Made by a program: the position numbers and the translations under genes
Assembly: GCA_965213625.1 (NCBI GenBank)
Contig: CBDBZU010000004.1
Coordinates: forward strand, 160,001-224,000
Length of the DNA stretch: 64,000 nt
DNA from: a bacterium
GTDB lineage: Bacteria; UBA8248
Direction of reading: 5' to 3'
Shown here: one piece after another, positions 10,225 to 19,707 of the stretch
How positions within the stretch are numbered: position 1 is the first letter of the stretch
Layout of the letters: every line of letters starts with the position of its first letter
Notes under the pieces: model-generated
The model's database searches: none
Told to the model about the DNA's origin: nothing
Seen by the model: the letters and a program-made list of their open reading frames with translations, nothing else

Positions 10225-10487
10225 CGTTCCCCTCCGTCGAGCCACCCGCCAAGCGTCTCGAGCGTCTTCGTAACGGCAGGCTGGCCGACTTCCACAGCCG
10301 CCGCGATGTCCGATATGCGGCTCCCTCGCCGTGATCGTTGCCTGACGATGTGATGCAGGATGCCGGACTGACCCAACGTCAGACCGTGGGGTTCCAGCAA
10401 AATGGTCATGCGTGTTCCGAAAAGCCGGCTGACATGGGACAGCCAGGTTGCACATTCGGAAACCGGCGGGCCTGTGAGATTCGACAT
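10221..10487 (-). pseudogene. Truncated MarR-family regulator
   Basis: LEPHGLTLGQSGIL...ISDIAAAVEVGQPAVTKTL HTH; lacks wing and C-terminal helices. Confidence 0.6.
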
Positions 10488-10678
10488 GGTTTCACTATTC
10501 GCTTGATTTGCATTCCAAAGAATATAAAAAAATATTCCAAGGAATACAAATTGAGATAGCGGAATGTTCCTGAAGCTGCCGGACCGCGTTCAGCGGCGGG
10601 AGAGGTTGGACGATCTCTTTGGCTGATTACGGCTGAGACTGCTCGCGAATCCGGGCCGCTCGCGAGCGGCGCCTACAG

Positions 10679-11005
10679 TCAACCGCGCGGCTCATCCTCC
10701 GCGATGCCTTTAAGCACGACCGGGGCGCGGTCGGGAAATTCGGCGACCAGCGAGAGGCGCCCGCCCATCGCCTCGACGGTCTTTCTGAGCGTGGAGAGCA
10801 GGAGGTCGCTTCGCTTCTCGAGCCTCGATACGCCGTCCTGCGTGATGCCCAACTCCTCCGCCATGCGCGCCTGTGTCAACTCCCGCGCCTTTCTGAGATC
10901 GCGCAGGGTCATCTCCTCCGCGACCAACTCCGCCGCTCGCGCCTCGACCTTCTTGCGTCGTGCGGGGCTTAGCTTTTTGATCTTTTTGTTTACGTTTACG
11001 GGCAT
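10679..11005 (-). CDS. XRE-family HTH protein (HigA-like antitoxin), orphan
   Basis: LRDLRKARELTQARMAEELGITQDGVSRLEKRSDLLLSTLRKTVEAMGG. Confidence 0.85.
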   Translation of the reverse strand: MPVNVNKKIKKLSPARRKKVEARAAELVAEEMTLRDLRKARELTQARMAEELGITQDGVSRLEKRSDLLLSTLRKTVEAMGGRLSLVAEFPDRAPVVLKGIAEDEPRG

Positions 11006-11253
11006 GGTTCTTTCTCTCGAATGTTAGGTGTGGACGTATGATATGTTGTGGGAGACATATGTTGTCAAGTGCATGTTCTATAAAAAAGAAAGCTTTTTAG
11101 ATGTAGATTTTCTGGAGGTTGCAAGTGAAAAATAAAACGATCAGCAAGCTCCATCTTCGAGTAAATGACTAGACAAGTAGAAGTTTACCCGATAGGCAAG
11201 TTTGCGAAGAACAAAAACCACCTAATCTAATCAAGACAACTGGAGACATAAGA

Positions 11254-12210
11254 GTGAATGAATTGCCAGCTATCGTCGTACACTGCGACTGGAGCGTGGA
11301 GCAAGGAAAAAGATGGATGGCTTGTGCAGTCCGCAACGGAAACCTCTGGGAACTCAAGCAACCTGAGTTAGTTGGAACTACGAAGGACTTGTTCCAGAGG
11401 TTACAAAATCGAAAAAAAACACCTGGATGTTTATTTGTAGGTTTAGACTTTCCGATCGGCTTGCCAAAATACTACGGCGAAAAAACAGGATTCTCTAATT
11501 TTCGTAACGCTCTTCGAAATTTTGGTTGTGATAAATGGAAAGATTGGTATTCCGTTTGTGAAACTCACGAGGAAATATCAATTACTCGCCCATTCTATCC
11601 AATGAGACCTGGAGGCACCGAGCAAAAGCATCTTCTGGACGGGCTAATGTGCGAAACCCCTGAGCAACTCCTGCGTATTTGCGAGAGAAAAACAAGTAAT
11701 CGAAACGCAGCCTGCATGTTGTTTTGGACCCTTGGCGGCAATCAAGTTGGGAAAGCTGCTATTTCAGGCTGGCGTGAACTTCTTGCACCAAATTTTGATG
11801 TGTTAGGACTTTGGCCGTTCGACGGACAATTGCATGAACTGTTCGCTCAATTCGATATCGTCATCGCTGAGACATATCCTGGGGACGCTTATGGGCAACT
11901 GGGCATCCCACGATATCCCCGATGGAGCAAACGAAAGCGTGCCGGTAGACAGTCAATATCCCAACATCTTTTGAACTGGTTAAGCTCACGTCCAGTTTCA
12001 TTTCATGCAAGACTGGATAGCAACATCAGGCATGGTTTTTCAGAGAATTCACAAGGAAAAGACAAGTTCGGTGAAGATAAATTTGACGCAACCGTGGGGC
12101 TATTCTGTATGCTTGATGTGGTATGTGGCCGCATTCCCGAAAATATTCCAGGCAATAAGTCTATTACTCGTTGGGAAGGGTGGATCCTTGGGCAAGAATT
12201 CAATATCTGA
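11254..12210 (+). CDS. DUF429-like protein (predicted RNase H-fold nuclease)
   Basis: HCDWS, GLDFPIGLP, FWTLGGNQVGKA, AETYP, EDKFDA. Confidence 0.7.
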   Translation: MNELPAIVVHCDWSVEQGKRWMACAVRNGNLWELKQPELVGTTKDLFQRLQNRKKTPGCLFVGLDFPIGLPKYYGEKTGFSNFRNALRNFGCDKWKDWYSVCETHEEISITRPFYPMRPGGTEQKHLLDGLMCETPEQLLRICERKTSNRNAACMLFWTLGGNQVGKAAISGWRELLAPNFDVLGLWPFDGQLHELFAQFDIVIAETYPGDAYGQLGIPRYPRWSKRKRAGRQSISQHLLNWLSSRPVSFHARLDSNIRHGFSENSQGKDKFGEDKFDATVGLFCMLDVVCGRIPENIPGNKSITRWEGWILGQEFNI

Positions 12211-12249
12211 AATAGGCAATGGTCGCTCATTACAATGAGAGGTTTCCGC

Positions 12250-12765
12250 ATGATCGAGTGACGGCATACGGATCACGGAAAATCGTCACAGCCGGGTGTA
12301 CCACACCGAGGTTGGCTCTGCGTCGGAATCGAAGATTTGGAAGAACCATCCCAAATTTGTGAGATGTGTGAAAGTGTTGAAATTCGTTACGTGCATTTAA
12401 TGCAACACTCTGACTACCCTGAAACATTAGGTGTTGGTTGCATTTACGCCGAAAACATGGAGAACGACAAAGTAAATCCGGGCCGGAGAGAGAAAAAGCT
12501 GAAGACTAAGGCGCGGCGGCGGAAGAAATGGTCGAATCGTGAGTGGCGAACCTCTATCAAGGGTAATCCCTATCTCAACACCGAAGGTTTCAATTTGACT
12601 ATTTTCCCGGCAACGGGCAGTAGAGGCTTGTATTGGATGCTCCTAGTGACCCACCGAGAAAGTGGCGCCTCTCAGTTTGGCCGTCGACGCTATAGATCAG
12701 AGGAAGAAGCAAAAAAAGCCGCTCTCGATGCTTTGATCTGGACCAAGGAACATCTTGGATACTGA
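12250..12765 (+). pseudogene. Cys/His-containing hypothetical protein with early in-frame TGA
   Basis: RBS gagagg, ATG 12250, TGA 12259-61, frame continues GVPHRGWLCVGIEDLEEPSQICEMCES... Confidence 0.55.
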
Positions 12766-12919
12766 TCTCCATCCACACGCCTCCGTCTCTTTGCCCAGTA
12801 TCGAGAGTTTTCCCATAGTTGATCAGGCGAGTTGCGGTTTTTACAAGTATGTTCTGGGACGTTGGCCGCTCGCTTGAAAATTCTCATTCCGTTGAAAACC
12901 CTAAGAAAAGAACACCCCC

Positions 12920-12984
12920 CTACTCCACCTTTCTCCTCATCCTCTACTTCTCGGCGCGGGCGCGTTTATCCTTCAAGCGTTTTT
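12920..12984 (-). repeat. Degenerate duplicate of the arfB 3' end
   Basis: 52/65 nt identical to 17124-17188 by manual alignment; translates KRLKDKRARAEK*RMRRKVE*. Confidence 0.8.
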
Positions 12985-13145
12985 GCAGGGGAGAGTGCCA
13001 AAGACAACAATAGCTTGCCAAAGTTTGCCGCAGTACTTGGTACGGTGCATTATAATGAAAAAGATGCGGAAGTATGGTAGACAAAGCATCGAAACCAAAC
13101 GAGTGAGAAATACAGTCTCAGGATACGTCGTTAAACTATTAAAGC

Positions 13146-15857
13146 ATGTTGAAGGCTAAAGGTGAAGGATTTATGGAGGGAACCCAGCAATTCCAATCCG
13201 AAACCATGCGAGCCGCACTAAACCTGCCGAACGGCGCGCGGTTTTATCGTTGCGCCTTGCAAGTGAACCCATTCGCCTATCTCGCCAGACATAATAAATC
13301 AACATCATTTCAGTCCGAAGACGAATACAACGAAGCAATCATTGAGGCCTGCCTTAAGACAGAAACCGAGGTGATTGGCGTTACGGACCATTACCGTATA
13401 GAGGATTCCAGGAAACTAATCGCCTCCGCTCGCGAAGCCGGTTTATGGGCTTTTAGCGGATTTGAAGCCATAACAAAGGACGGCGTTCACTTTCTTTGCC
13501 ATTTCGATCCCGATAAAGACAATAATCTGGAGAGATTCATCGGCGACTGCGGTATTCACGATTCTAGCCAACTCTCACCGATAGGAGAACTAGACTGCAC
13601 TGAGCTTCTGGACCATTCAAAGGAATGGGGGGCTACTTGCATTGCTGCGCATGTGGCGTCGGAAGGTGGTCTTTTAAGAAAGCTGTCAGGACAAACACGG
13701 ATCAAAGTCTGGAAATCGCCTAACCTGCTTGCCTGCGCGCTTCCCGGACCCGCTGACGACGCACCGCAGGGGGTCAAAGAGATACTTAAAAATAAGGACG
13801 CTCAACACAAGCGCGGACGCGCAGTAGCTATCATAAATGCGTCAGATGTAAGCGATCCCGAAGACCTGAGGAAGGAAAGCGCGTCCTGCTTCATCAAGAT
13901 GTCGGATGTCTCTGTCGAAGCATTTCGCCAGGCATTTCTTGATCCGGAATCCCGTGTAAGGCTACACAGCGATCCCCAACAAGAACCCCATGCCGAACTT
14001 CTTGCTATGACTTGGGAAGGCGGTTTTTTACAAGACACCTCAATTCATTTCAATGAGAATCTCAATGCCGTGGTCGGCGGACGCGGCACGGGTAAATCCA
14101 CGATGATCGAGAGCATCCGTTATGTGTTGGGTCTTGAGCCACTCGGAGAAGACGCGCGCAAGGCGCACGAAGGAGTGGTTCGCAACGTATTGAAAGCGGG
14201 GACAAAAGTTTCGCTGATGGCGCGGTCACACAAACCACCAAAACGTTGCTACAGCATCGAGCGCTCAGTGCCTAACCCGCCGGTCGTCAAGGACGAAACT
14301 GGTGAAGTGTTGCCTATATCACCACGAGACGCGATGCCCGGCGTAGAAGTTTTCGGCCAACATGAAATCTCGGAACTCACCAAAAGCCCCGAAAAACGCA
14401 CCTTGCTATTGGAGCGGTTCATCGAGAGTGATCCGTCGATGGCCGGACGAAAAGTGAAATTGCAATTGGAACTTGAGAGGTCGCGAAGCAGGATTGTGGA
14501 CGTAAGGCGAGAGATGAGAACGCTCGAGGAGCGACTTGCAGTTCTGCCGGGTCTGGAAGAAACCGAGAAGCGCTTTCAGCAGGCCGGCCTGGAAGAGCGG
14601 CTCAAGGAAAAAAGCCTTCTCATTAAGGAAGAGCGCCTATTTTCAAACCTTGCCGAGCGGATGCAACCGTTTCGGACGCTTCACCATGAACTGATTGAAG
14701 CCCTTCCGATCGATACAGCATTCGTGTCCGACAAGGCGCTTGATGGATTACCAAACTCAGAAACATTGCGGGAACTAGAAACAATTCTTAAAACCCTGAG
14801 TACACGCCTCAAAGTGGTTAGCGTGCATTTTGCCGAAGCTTTGGCCGAGACCGATACTGCAATCGAGAACCTTAGGGCGAGATGGGATAAACAACGCTCG
14901 GCAATTGAGGATAATTACGAGCAGTTATTACGAGAACTTCAGAAATCGAATATCGATGGCGCGGAATTTATCCAACTCCGCAGGCAGATCGAAGAATTGC
15001 GTCCGCTTAAAGACCGAATGGAAAATCTTAATCGCGATTTGGGCACCCATGAAGCTCACCGCCGCAACCTGCTCTCAGAATGGGAGGACGTCAAAGGTAG
15101 TGAATTTCGTGAAATTGAGAAAGCCACCAGAAAAGTTTCAAAGCAACTCAAAGGGCGAGTGCAGGTCGAAGTTACGATGGCAGGCAACCGCGATCCATTG
15201 GAACGAGTCTTAAGGGAGGTTGGCGGAAACCTCGCTGCCGCTATCGAGCGTCTTCGAGAACTGGAACAACTTTCCCTCCGCGAGTTTGCGCAATGCTGTC
15301 GGGAAGGCAAAGAATCCCTGATGGAGAACTACGATCTCCCCTCTGGCTCAGCAGAACGGATATCGCGGGCCGAGCCCGAGCTATTCATGAGAATCGAAGA
15401 ACTGGAACTTCCCGCGACAACTCAAATTGAATTAAATACTGCTGCGGAGGGAGACCAAGCGGTATGGCAAACGCTGGAAGCGCTTTCCACCGGACAAAAG
15501 GCAACCGCCGTTCTGTTGCTCTTGCTCTTGGAATCCGAGGCTCCACTTGTCGTCGATCAGCCCGAAGACGACCTCGACAACCGTTTCATCACCGAAGGCG
15601 TCGTACCGATCATGCGACGGGAAAAACGTCGACGGCAATTCGTCTTCTCAACGCACAACGCGAATATTCCCGTGCTGGGTGATGCCGAACTCATCTTGGG
15701 CCTTTCCGCTTCCGGCGAGGCGGAAGAAGGGCAGGCCAGGATTGCTCCAGAACATATGGGTTCGATTGATTCCCAGCCGGTTCGGGAACTGGTCGAGGAA
15801 ATCCTCGAAGGCGGGAAAGACGCCTTCGAAATGCGTCGTTCCAAGTACGGTTTCTAG
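13146..15857 (+). CDS. PHP-domain + ABC/SMC-like ATPase (TrlF/Ppl-like)
   Basis: N-terminal VTDH, AAHV, ASDV PHP-type motifs; GGRGTGKS Walker A; coiled coil; LSTGQ signature; VVDQPEDDLDN; STHN. Confidence 0.85.
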   Translation: MLKAKGEGFMEGTQQFQSETMRAALNLPNGARFYRCALQVNPFAYLARHNKSTSFQSEDEYNEAIIEACLKTETEVIGVTDHYRIEDSRKLIASAREAGLWAFSGFEAITKDGVHFLCHFDPDKDNNLERFIGDCGIHDSSQLSPIGELDCTELLDHSKEWGATCIAAHVASEGGLLRKLSGQTRIKVWKSPNLLACALPGPADDAPQGVKEILKNKDAQHKRGRAVAIINASDVSDPEDLRKESASCFIKMSDVSVEAFRQAFLDPESRVRLHSDPQQEPHAELLAMTWEGGFLQDTSIHFNENLNAVVGGRGTGKSTMIESIRYVLGLEPLGEDARKAHEGVVRNVLKAGTKVSLMARSHKPPKRCYSIERSVPNPPVVKDETGEVLPISPRDAMPGVEVFGQHEISELTKSPEKRTLLLERFIESDPSMAGRKVKLQLELERSRSRIVDVRREMRTLEERLAVLPGLEETEKRFQQAGLEERLKEKSLLIKEERLFSNLAERMQPFRTLHHELIEALPIDTAFVSDKALDGLPNSETLRELETILKTLSTRLKVVSVHFAEALAETDTAIENLRARWDKQRSAIEDNYEQLLRELQKSNIDGAEFIQLRRQIEELRPLKDRMENLNRDLGTHEAHRRNLLSEWEDVKGSEFREIEKATRKVSKQLKGRVQVEVTMAGNRDPLERVLREVGGNLAAAIERLRELEQLSLREFAQCCREGKESLMENYDLPSGSAERISRAEPELFMRIEELELPATTQIELNTAAEGDQAVWQTLEALSTGQKATAVLLLLLLESEAPLVVDQPEDDLDNRFITEGVVPIMRREKRRRQFVFSTHNANIPVLGDAELILGLSASGEAEEGQARIAPEHMGSIDSQPVRELVEEILEGGKDAFEMRRSKYGF

Positions 15858-15859
15858 TC

Positions 15860-17086
15860 ATGACTACGCGGACGGAGCTATTGGAAATAATCGCAAACGG
15901 CGAAAACTCCGGCATTGATTTCAAGCGAGATGTCTTGCAAAACCAAGACCTCGCAAAAGAACTAGTCGCCTTCTCGAATTTAGATGGTGGAATGGTTCTG
16001 CTGGGAGTAGATGATGATGGGAATATTACCGGCTTAACTCGGCCTCGCTTGGAAGAGTGGGTCATGACTGCATGCCGGGACAAGATCAGGCCAGCCATCA
16101 TTCCATTTTTCGAGACGATTAAGAATGTGGAACAGGGAAAGGACGTGGCGATTGTACGTGTTCCGCGCGGAGGCGACGTACACAGCCAGTGGCATAACAA
16201 CAGGAATACTTATTACATCCGGGTAGGTTCACAAAGTCGGGAACCGACGCCACAGGAACTAAGCCGCTTGTTTCAACAACGCGGCGCGTTTCGCGCCGAT
16301 CTAAGACCGATTTCCGGTGCAACCATTGAGGATTTAGACCGCCGTCGACTCAAGGATTACTTCAGCCGGGTTCGTCAACAAGAAATTCCAGCAGACACAA
16401 ACGACTCGAATTGGCATTCCTTGCTAATCAATACGGAAATCCTGCTCGAAGAGGGCGTAACCCTTTCAGGAATGCTGCTCTTCGGAAATACGCCGAACCG
16501 GTTTCTGCCACAGGCGGGCATTGATGCGGCGGCGTTTCCGGGAATGGAAAAAGATTATGCGGCGAAAGAGCGAGTGGCACTGCGCGGACCTATGACACCA
16601 CTCTTGGATCAGAGCAATACTATTGTGGAATCTGGCTTGGTCGAGCAGGCACTGGATTTCGTCAGACGCAACACTCCCGTGACTGCCGTTCTCGAAGATG
16701 GCGCACGTCGAGTGGAAAAAAGAACATATCCAGACAAGGTCATCCGAGAAGCCATAGTAAATGCCCTGATCCACCGAGACTATCTTCTAGGAAACGTCGA
16801 TATCGAACTGGCGATTTATGAGGACCGGCTGGAAATTATCTCGCCCGGTAAGCTCCCGAACGGAATCACGCCGGATCGAATGCGTGTTGGAACACGCGCG
16901 GCACGAAACCAACTCCTGAAAGACGTTATGCGTGACTACGGGTATCTCGAACATATGGGAATGGGCGTACCCCTCATAATAATTCGCGGAATGATGGAAC
17001 ACAACGAGACCGACCCCGACCTTGCCGAAGAAGATGAAAGGTTCATGGTTCGGCTCTTTGCGGGGAATCAATCTAAATGCGAGTAA
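15860..17086 (+). CDS. Schlafen/AlbA_2 domain + HATPase_c_4-type ATP-binding protein
   Basis: GENSGIDFK, AFSNLDGG..LGVDDDG, REAIVNALIHRDY, ISPG, GMGV. Confidence 0.85.
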   Translation: MTTRTELLEIIANGENSGIDFKRDVLQNQDLAKELVAFSNLDGGMVLLGVDDDGNITGLTRPRLEEWVMTACRDKIRPAIIPFFETIKNVEQGKDVAIVRVPRGGDVHSQWHNNRNTYYIRVGSQSREPTPQELSRLFQQRGAFRADLRPISGATIEDLDRRRLKDYFSRVRQQEIPADTNDSNWHSLLINTEILLEEGVTLSGMLLFGNTPNRFLPQAGIDAAAFPGMEKDYAAKERVALRGPMTPLLDQSNTIVESGLVEQALDFVRRNTPVTAVLEDGARRVEKRTYPDKVIREAIVNALIHRDYLLGNVDIELAIYEDRLEIISPGKLPNGITPDRMRVGTRAARNQLLKDVMRDYGYLEHMGMGVPLIIIRGMMEHNETDPDLAEEDERFMVRLFAGNQSKCE

Positions 17087-17123
17087 CAACCTAAATATTT
17101 GCGTACAGTTCTCCTGAAAAAAT

Positions 17124-17537
17124 TCACCCCACCTTCCCTCTCATTCTCTTCTTATCGGCGCGTTGGCGTTTGTCCTTCAAGCGTTTTTCTTGCGACCCTC
17201 GGGTGGGGCGCGTGGGGCGGCGCGGCCGGGGCGGGTCGGCGGCGGCGGCGAGGGCGGCGCGCAGCTTCTCGAGGCAGTCGGCGACGTTCCGGCCCTGATC
17301 GCGAAAGCGGCTGCTCGCGATGACCACGTGGCCCTCGCGCGTCACGCGGCGCGGGTGGAGCGCGCGGAGCCTCGCCTTCACGCCCTCGGGCGCGCTCGGC
17401 GAGGCGGCCATGTTCCAGCGCAGCACCGCCTTGGAGGAGACCTTGTTGACGTTCTGCCCGCCGGGGCCGGAGCTTCGCGCGAACTGGAAGTGGATTTCGC
17501 GCAAGGGGATGCGGAGCCTCTCGTTCACGATGAGCAT
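17124..17537 (-). CDS. arfB: Alternative ribosome rescue factor ArfB (YaeJ)
   Basis: RSSGPGGQNVNK GGQ motif and basic C-terminal tail. Confidence 0.93.
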   Translation of the reverse strand: MLIVNERLRIPLREIHFQFARSSGPGGQNVNKVSSKAVLRWNMAASPSAPEGVKARLRALHPRRVTREGHVVIASSRFRDQGRNVADCLEKLRAALAAAADPPRPRRPTRPTRGSQEKRLKDKRQRADKKRMRGKVG

Positions 17538-17622
17538 GTTGATACTCCCGGGGGCGTCAGGGGGGCGGCGGGTGGCGATTGCGGGGGCGGCTTGATTGAG
17601 ACGGCAAGCGCGTCAGGGGTTC

Positions 17623-17952
17623 GGGGCTGTTGAAAAAGCCCTTACGGATCGCGCCAAAACATTCTCCCCTTGCAGAGCCCCCCAACAACCACTCCCCCCT
17701 TGAGGGTCGGTCTATCCTCCTCGGGTAGACCGACGAAGAGGCCGAGCGGTTTATGCGAAGGCCGATTCGGTGGGGGGTGAATCGCGTTTTATCGCCACTC
17801 CGAGTTATACCCCCCACCAGTTCACTTTCGGGCTTACGCCCTCAGTTCACTGTCGGGCATTCCCCTCGGGATGCCCGACCCTCAAGGGGGGAGTGAACTT
17901 CAAAAGTTTGCGCGCAACCCAAAATTGCTCTTAGGGCTTTTTCAACAACCCC
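17623..17952. mobile_element. Composite MITE-like element of the 6549-6982 family
   Basis: ggggctgttgaaaaagccc ... gggctttttcaacaacccc TIRs; inner cactccccccttgaggg element 17690-17897. Confidence 0.7.
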
Positions 17953-18522
17953 ACCCCGCTAGTGTTCGGCCCTCTTCCGTCGCGTTAATCACTCCCGCAT
18001 TGGTCGCGTTCGATTCCTTCCTCTTCAGGCGGAATCGACCTCATTCTTCAATCGCGATTCATCATCCGCATTTGCCCGCAGTTGCGCGTCGGTCGAAACT
18101 TGCCGACTCGTGTAGAATACACCACGGGCCGCGCCGCGAGAAAGGACGCGTTGCGGACGGCCTTCAAGAGCGTGCAGCATGAATGGTCCGGGAAGCCACG
18201 CCCGGCCCCGCGAATCGAAACGGGAAAAACCATGAGACGAACAAGCATCCAAAGCGCACGACCGCAGCGCACCGAACGCCTCTGCAACGCCATCAAGAAT
18301 AAGTAAACAATTCGATAAATATCGATAAATTCACGGGGTTTTTCTGTAAATTACTGAAAATTAACGAGGGGAAATGCGCGCAAATGCGGGGAACTGCGGA
18401 GGCGGGATGTGCGCAGATGCGGGGAGTTGCGGGGAAAATTCGCGGATGAGTCCGCTCCCCCCGCCCGCCAGGGGACAGGGGCGTTCCGAGACAAGTGATT
18501 GTTTACTGATGGGTTATCGTGA

Positions 18523-19689
18523 TTACACGACTTTATCGGTGCGCAGGCGGGCGATTTCCTCCGCAGAGTAGCCAATCTCTGCGAGAATCTCCCCGGTGTG
18601 CTCGCCAAGAACCGGCGAAGGATTTGATAAATCAGGCGTTACGCCGCCGAACGCAACCGGGGAAGCGGGCAGGAGGCCCGGCCCCGCCACGGGGTGATCG
18701 ACCTCCACGAAGGCCTCCGGGAAGCGCTCCTTGACCTGGGCGACATTGTTGATGGCGCTCACCGTAACCCCTTGAGGAATAAGGAGTTTCTCCCACTCGG
18801 CGGTCGTCTTCCGGGTGAGGATATCTTCGAGAATCGCGCGCAGGGCGGCGTCGTTCGCCACGCGATCCTTATTTTCGCGGAAGCGGGGATCGTCCGCAAG
18901 CGCAGGTTTTTCAAGGGCTTGGACGAATACGCGGTAGCGGTTCGTGTTCGAGATGGCCACGTATATGAGGCCGTCCCTGGTGCGGTAGCCCGAGAAGGGA
19001 GAGACCACCGGATGGGAAAGTCCTTCCGGTTCAGGCACTTGGCCGGTGAAGGCGTGGCGCGACACGGGGTTTTCCATGATGTTGACAGTCGCGCCCATCA
19101 TCGAGGCGTCCACGCGGGTACCCTCACCGGTGCGCTCCCTCTGGAAAAGCGCGGTGAGAATCCCGGAAAGCAAGTAAAGTCCGCTAGTTACGTCGACAAT
19201 CGAGACGCCCACGCGCACGGGGTCTCCGCCCGCAGGCCCCGTCACGCTGATGAGGCCGCCCGCCGCCTGCAAGAGGCTGTCGAAGGCGGGGCGTCCGGCG
19301 TTTTTCCCGCTCTGGCCGAAGCCGGACACGGCGGCGTATACGAGCCGGGGATTATCCGCCCTCAGGGCCTCCCAGCCGACGCCCAGGCGGTCCATCACGC
19401 CCGGGAGGAGGTTTTCCACCAGAACGTCCGCCTCCCGGCAGAGTTTCTTGAATACCTCCACGCCTTCGGGTTTTTTGAGGTCCAGCGTGATGGAGCGCTT
19501 GCCGCGGTTTAAGCTCATGAAATAGCTGCTCTCGCCGTTTTTATATGGACCGATGGCGCGGCTGTCCTCCCCGCCGGGACGCTCCACCTTGATGACCTCG
19601 GCCCCATAGCCCGCAAGATATAGGGAAACGATGGGACCGGCGTTGAACTGGCTGGCGTCGATGACCTTCAGACCCTGGAGGAGTGGCAT
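18523..19689 (-). CDS. CaiB/BaiF class III CoA-transferase
   Basis: GAEVIKVERPGGED, NRGKRSITLDLK, DVLVEN, SGFGQSG, PVLGEHT. Confidence 0.92.
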   Translation of the reverse strand: MPLLQGLKVIDASQFNAGPIVSLYLAGYGAEVIKVERPGGEDSRAIGPYKNGESSYFMSLNRGKRSITLDLKKPEGVEVFKKLCREADVLVENLLPGVMDRLGVGWEALRADNPRLVYAAVSGFGQSGKNAGRPAFDSLLQAAGGLISVTGPAGGDPVRVGVSIVDVTSGLYLLSGILTALFQRERTGEGTRVDASMMGATVNIMENPVSRHAFTGQVPEPEGLSHPVVSPFSGYRTRDGLIYVAISNTNRYRVFVQALEKPALADDPRFRENKDRVANDAALRAILEDILTRKTTAEWEKLLIPQGVTVSAINNVAQVKERFPEAFVEVDHPVAGPGLLPASPVAFGGVTPDLSNPSPVLGEHTGEILAEIGYSAEEIARLRTDKVV

Positions 19690-19707
19690 CGGATGCGGGG
19701 GTGCTTT

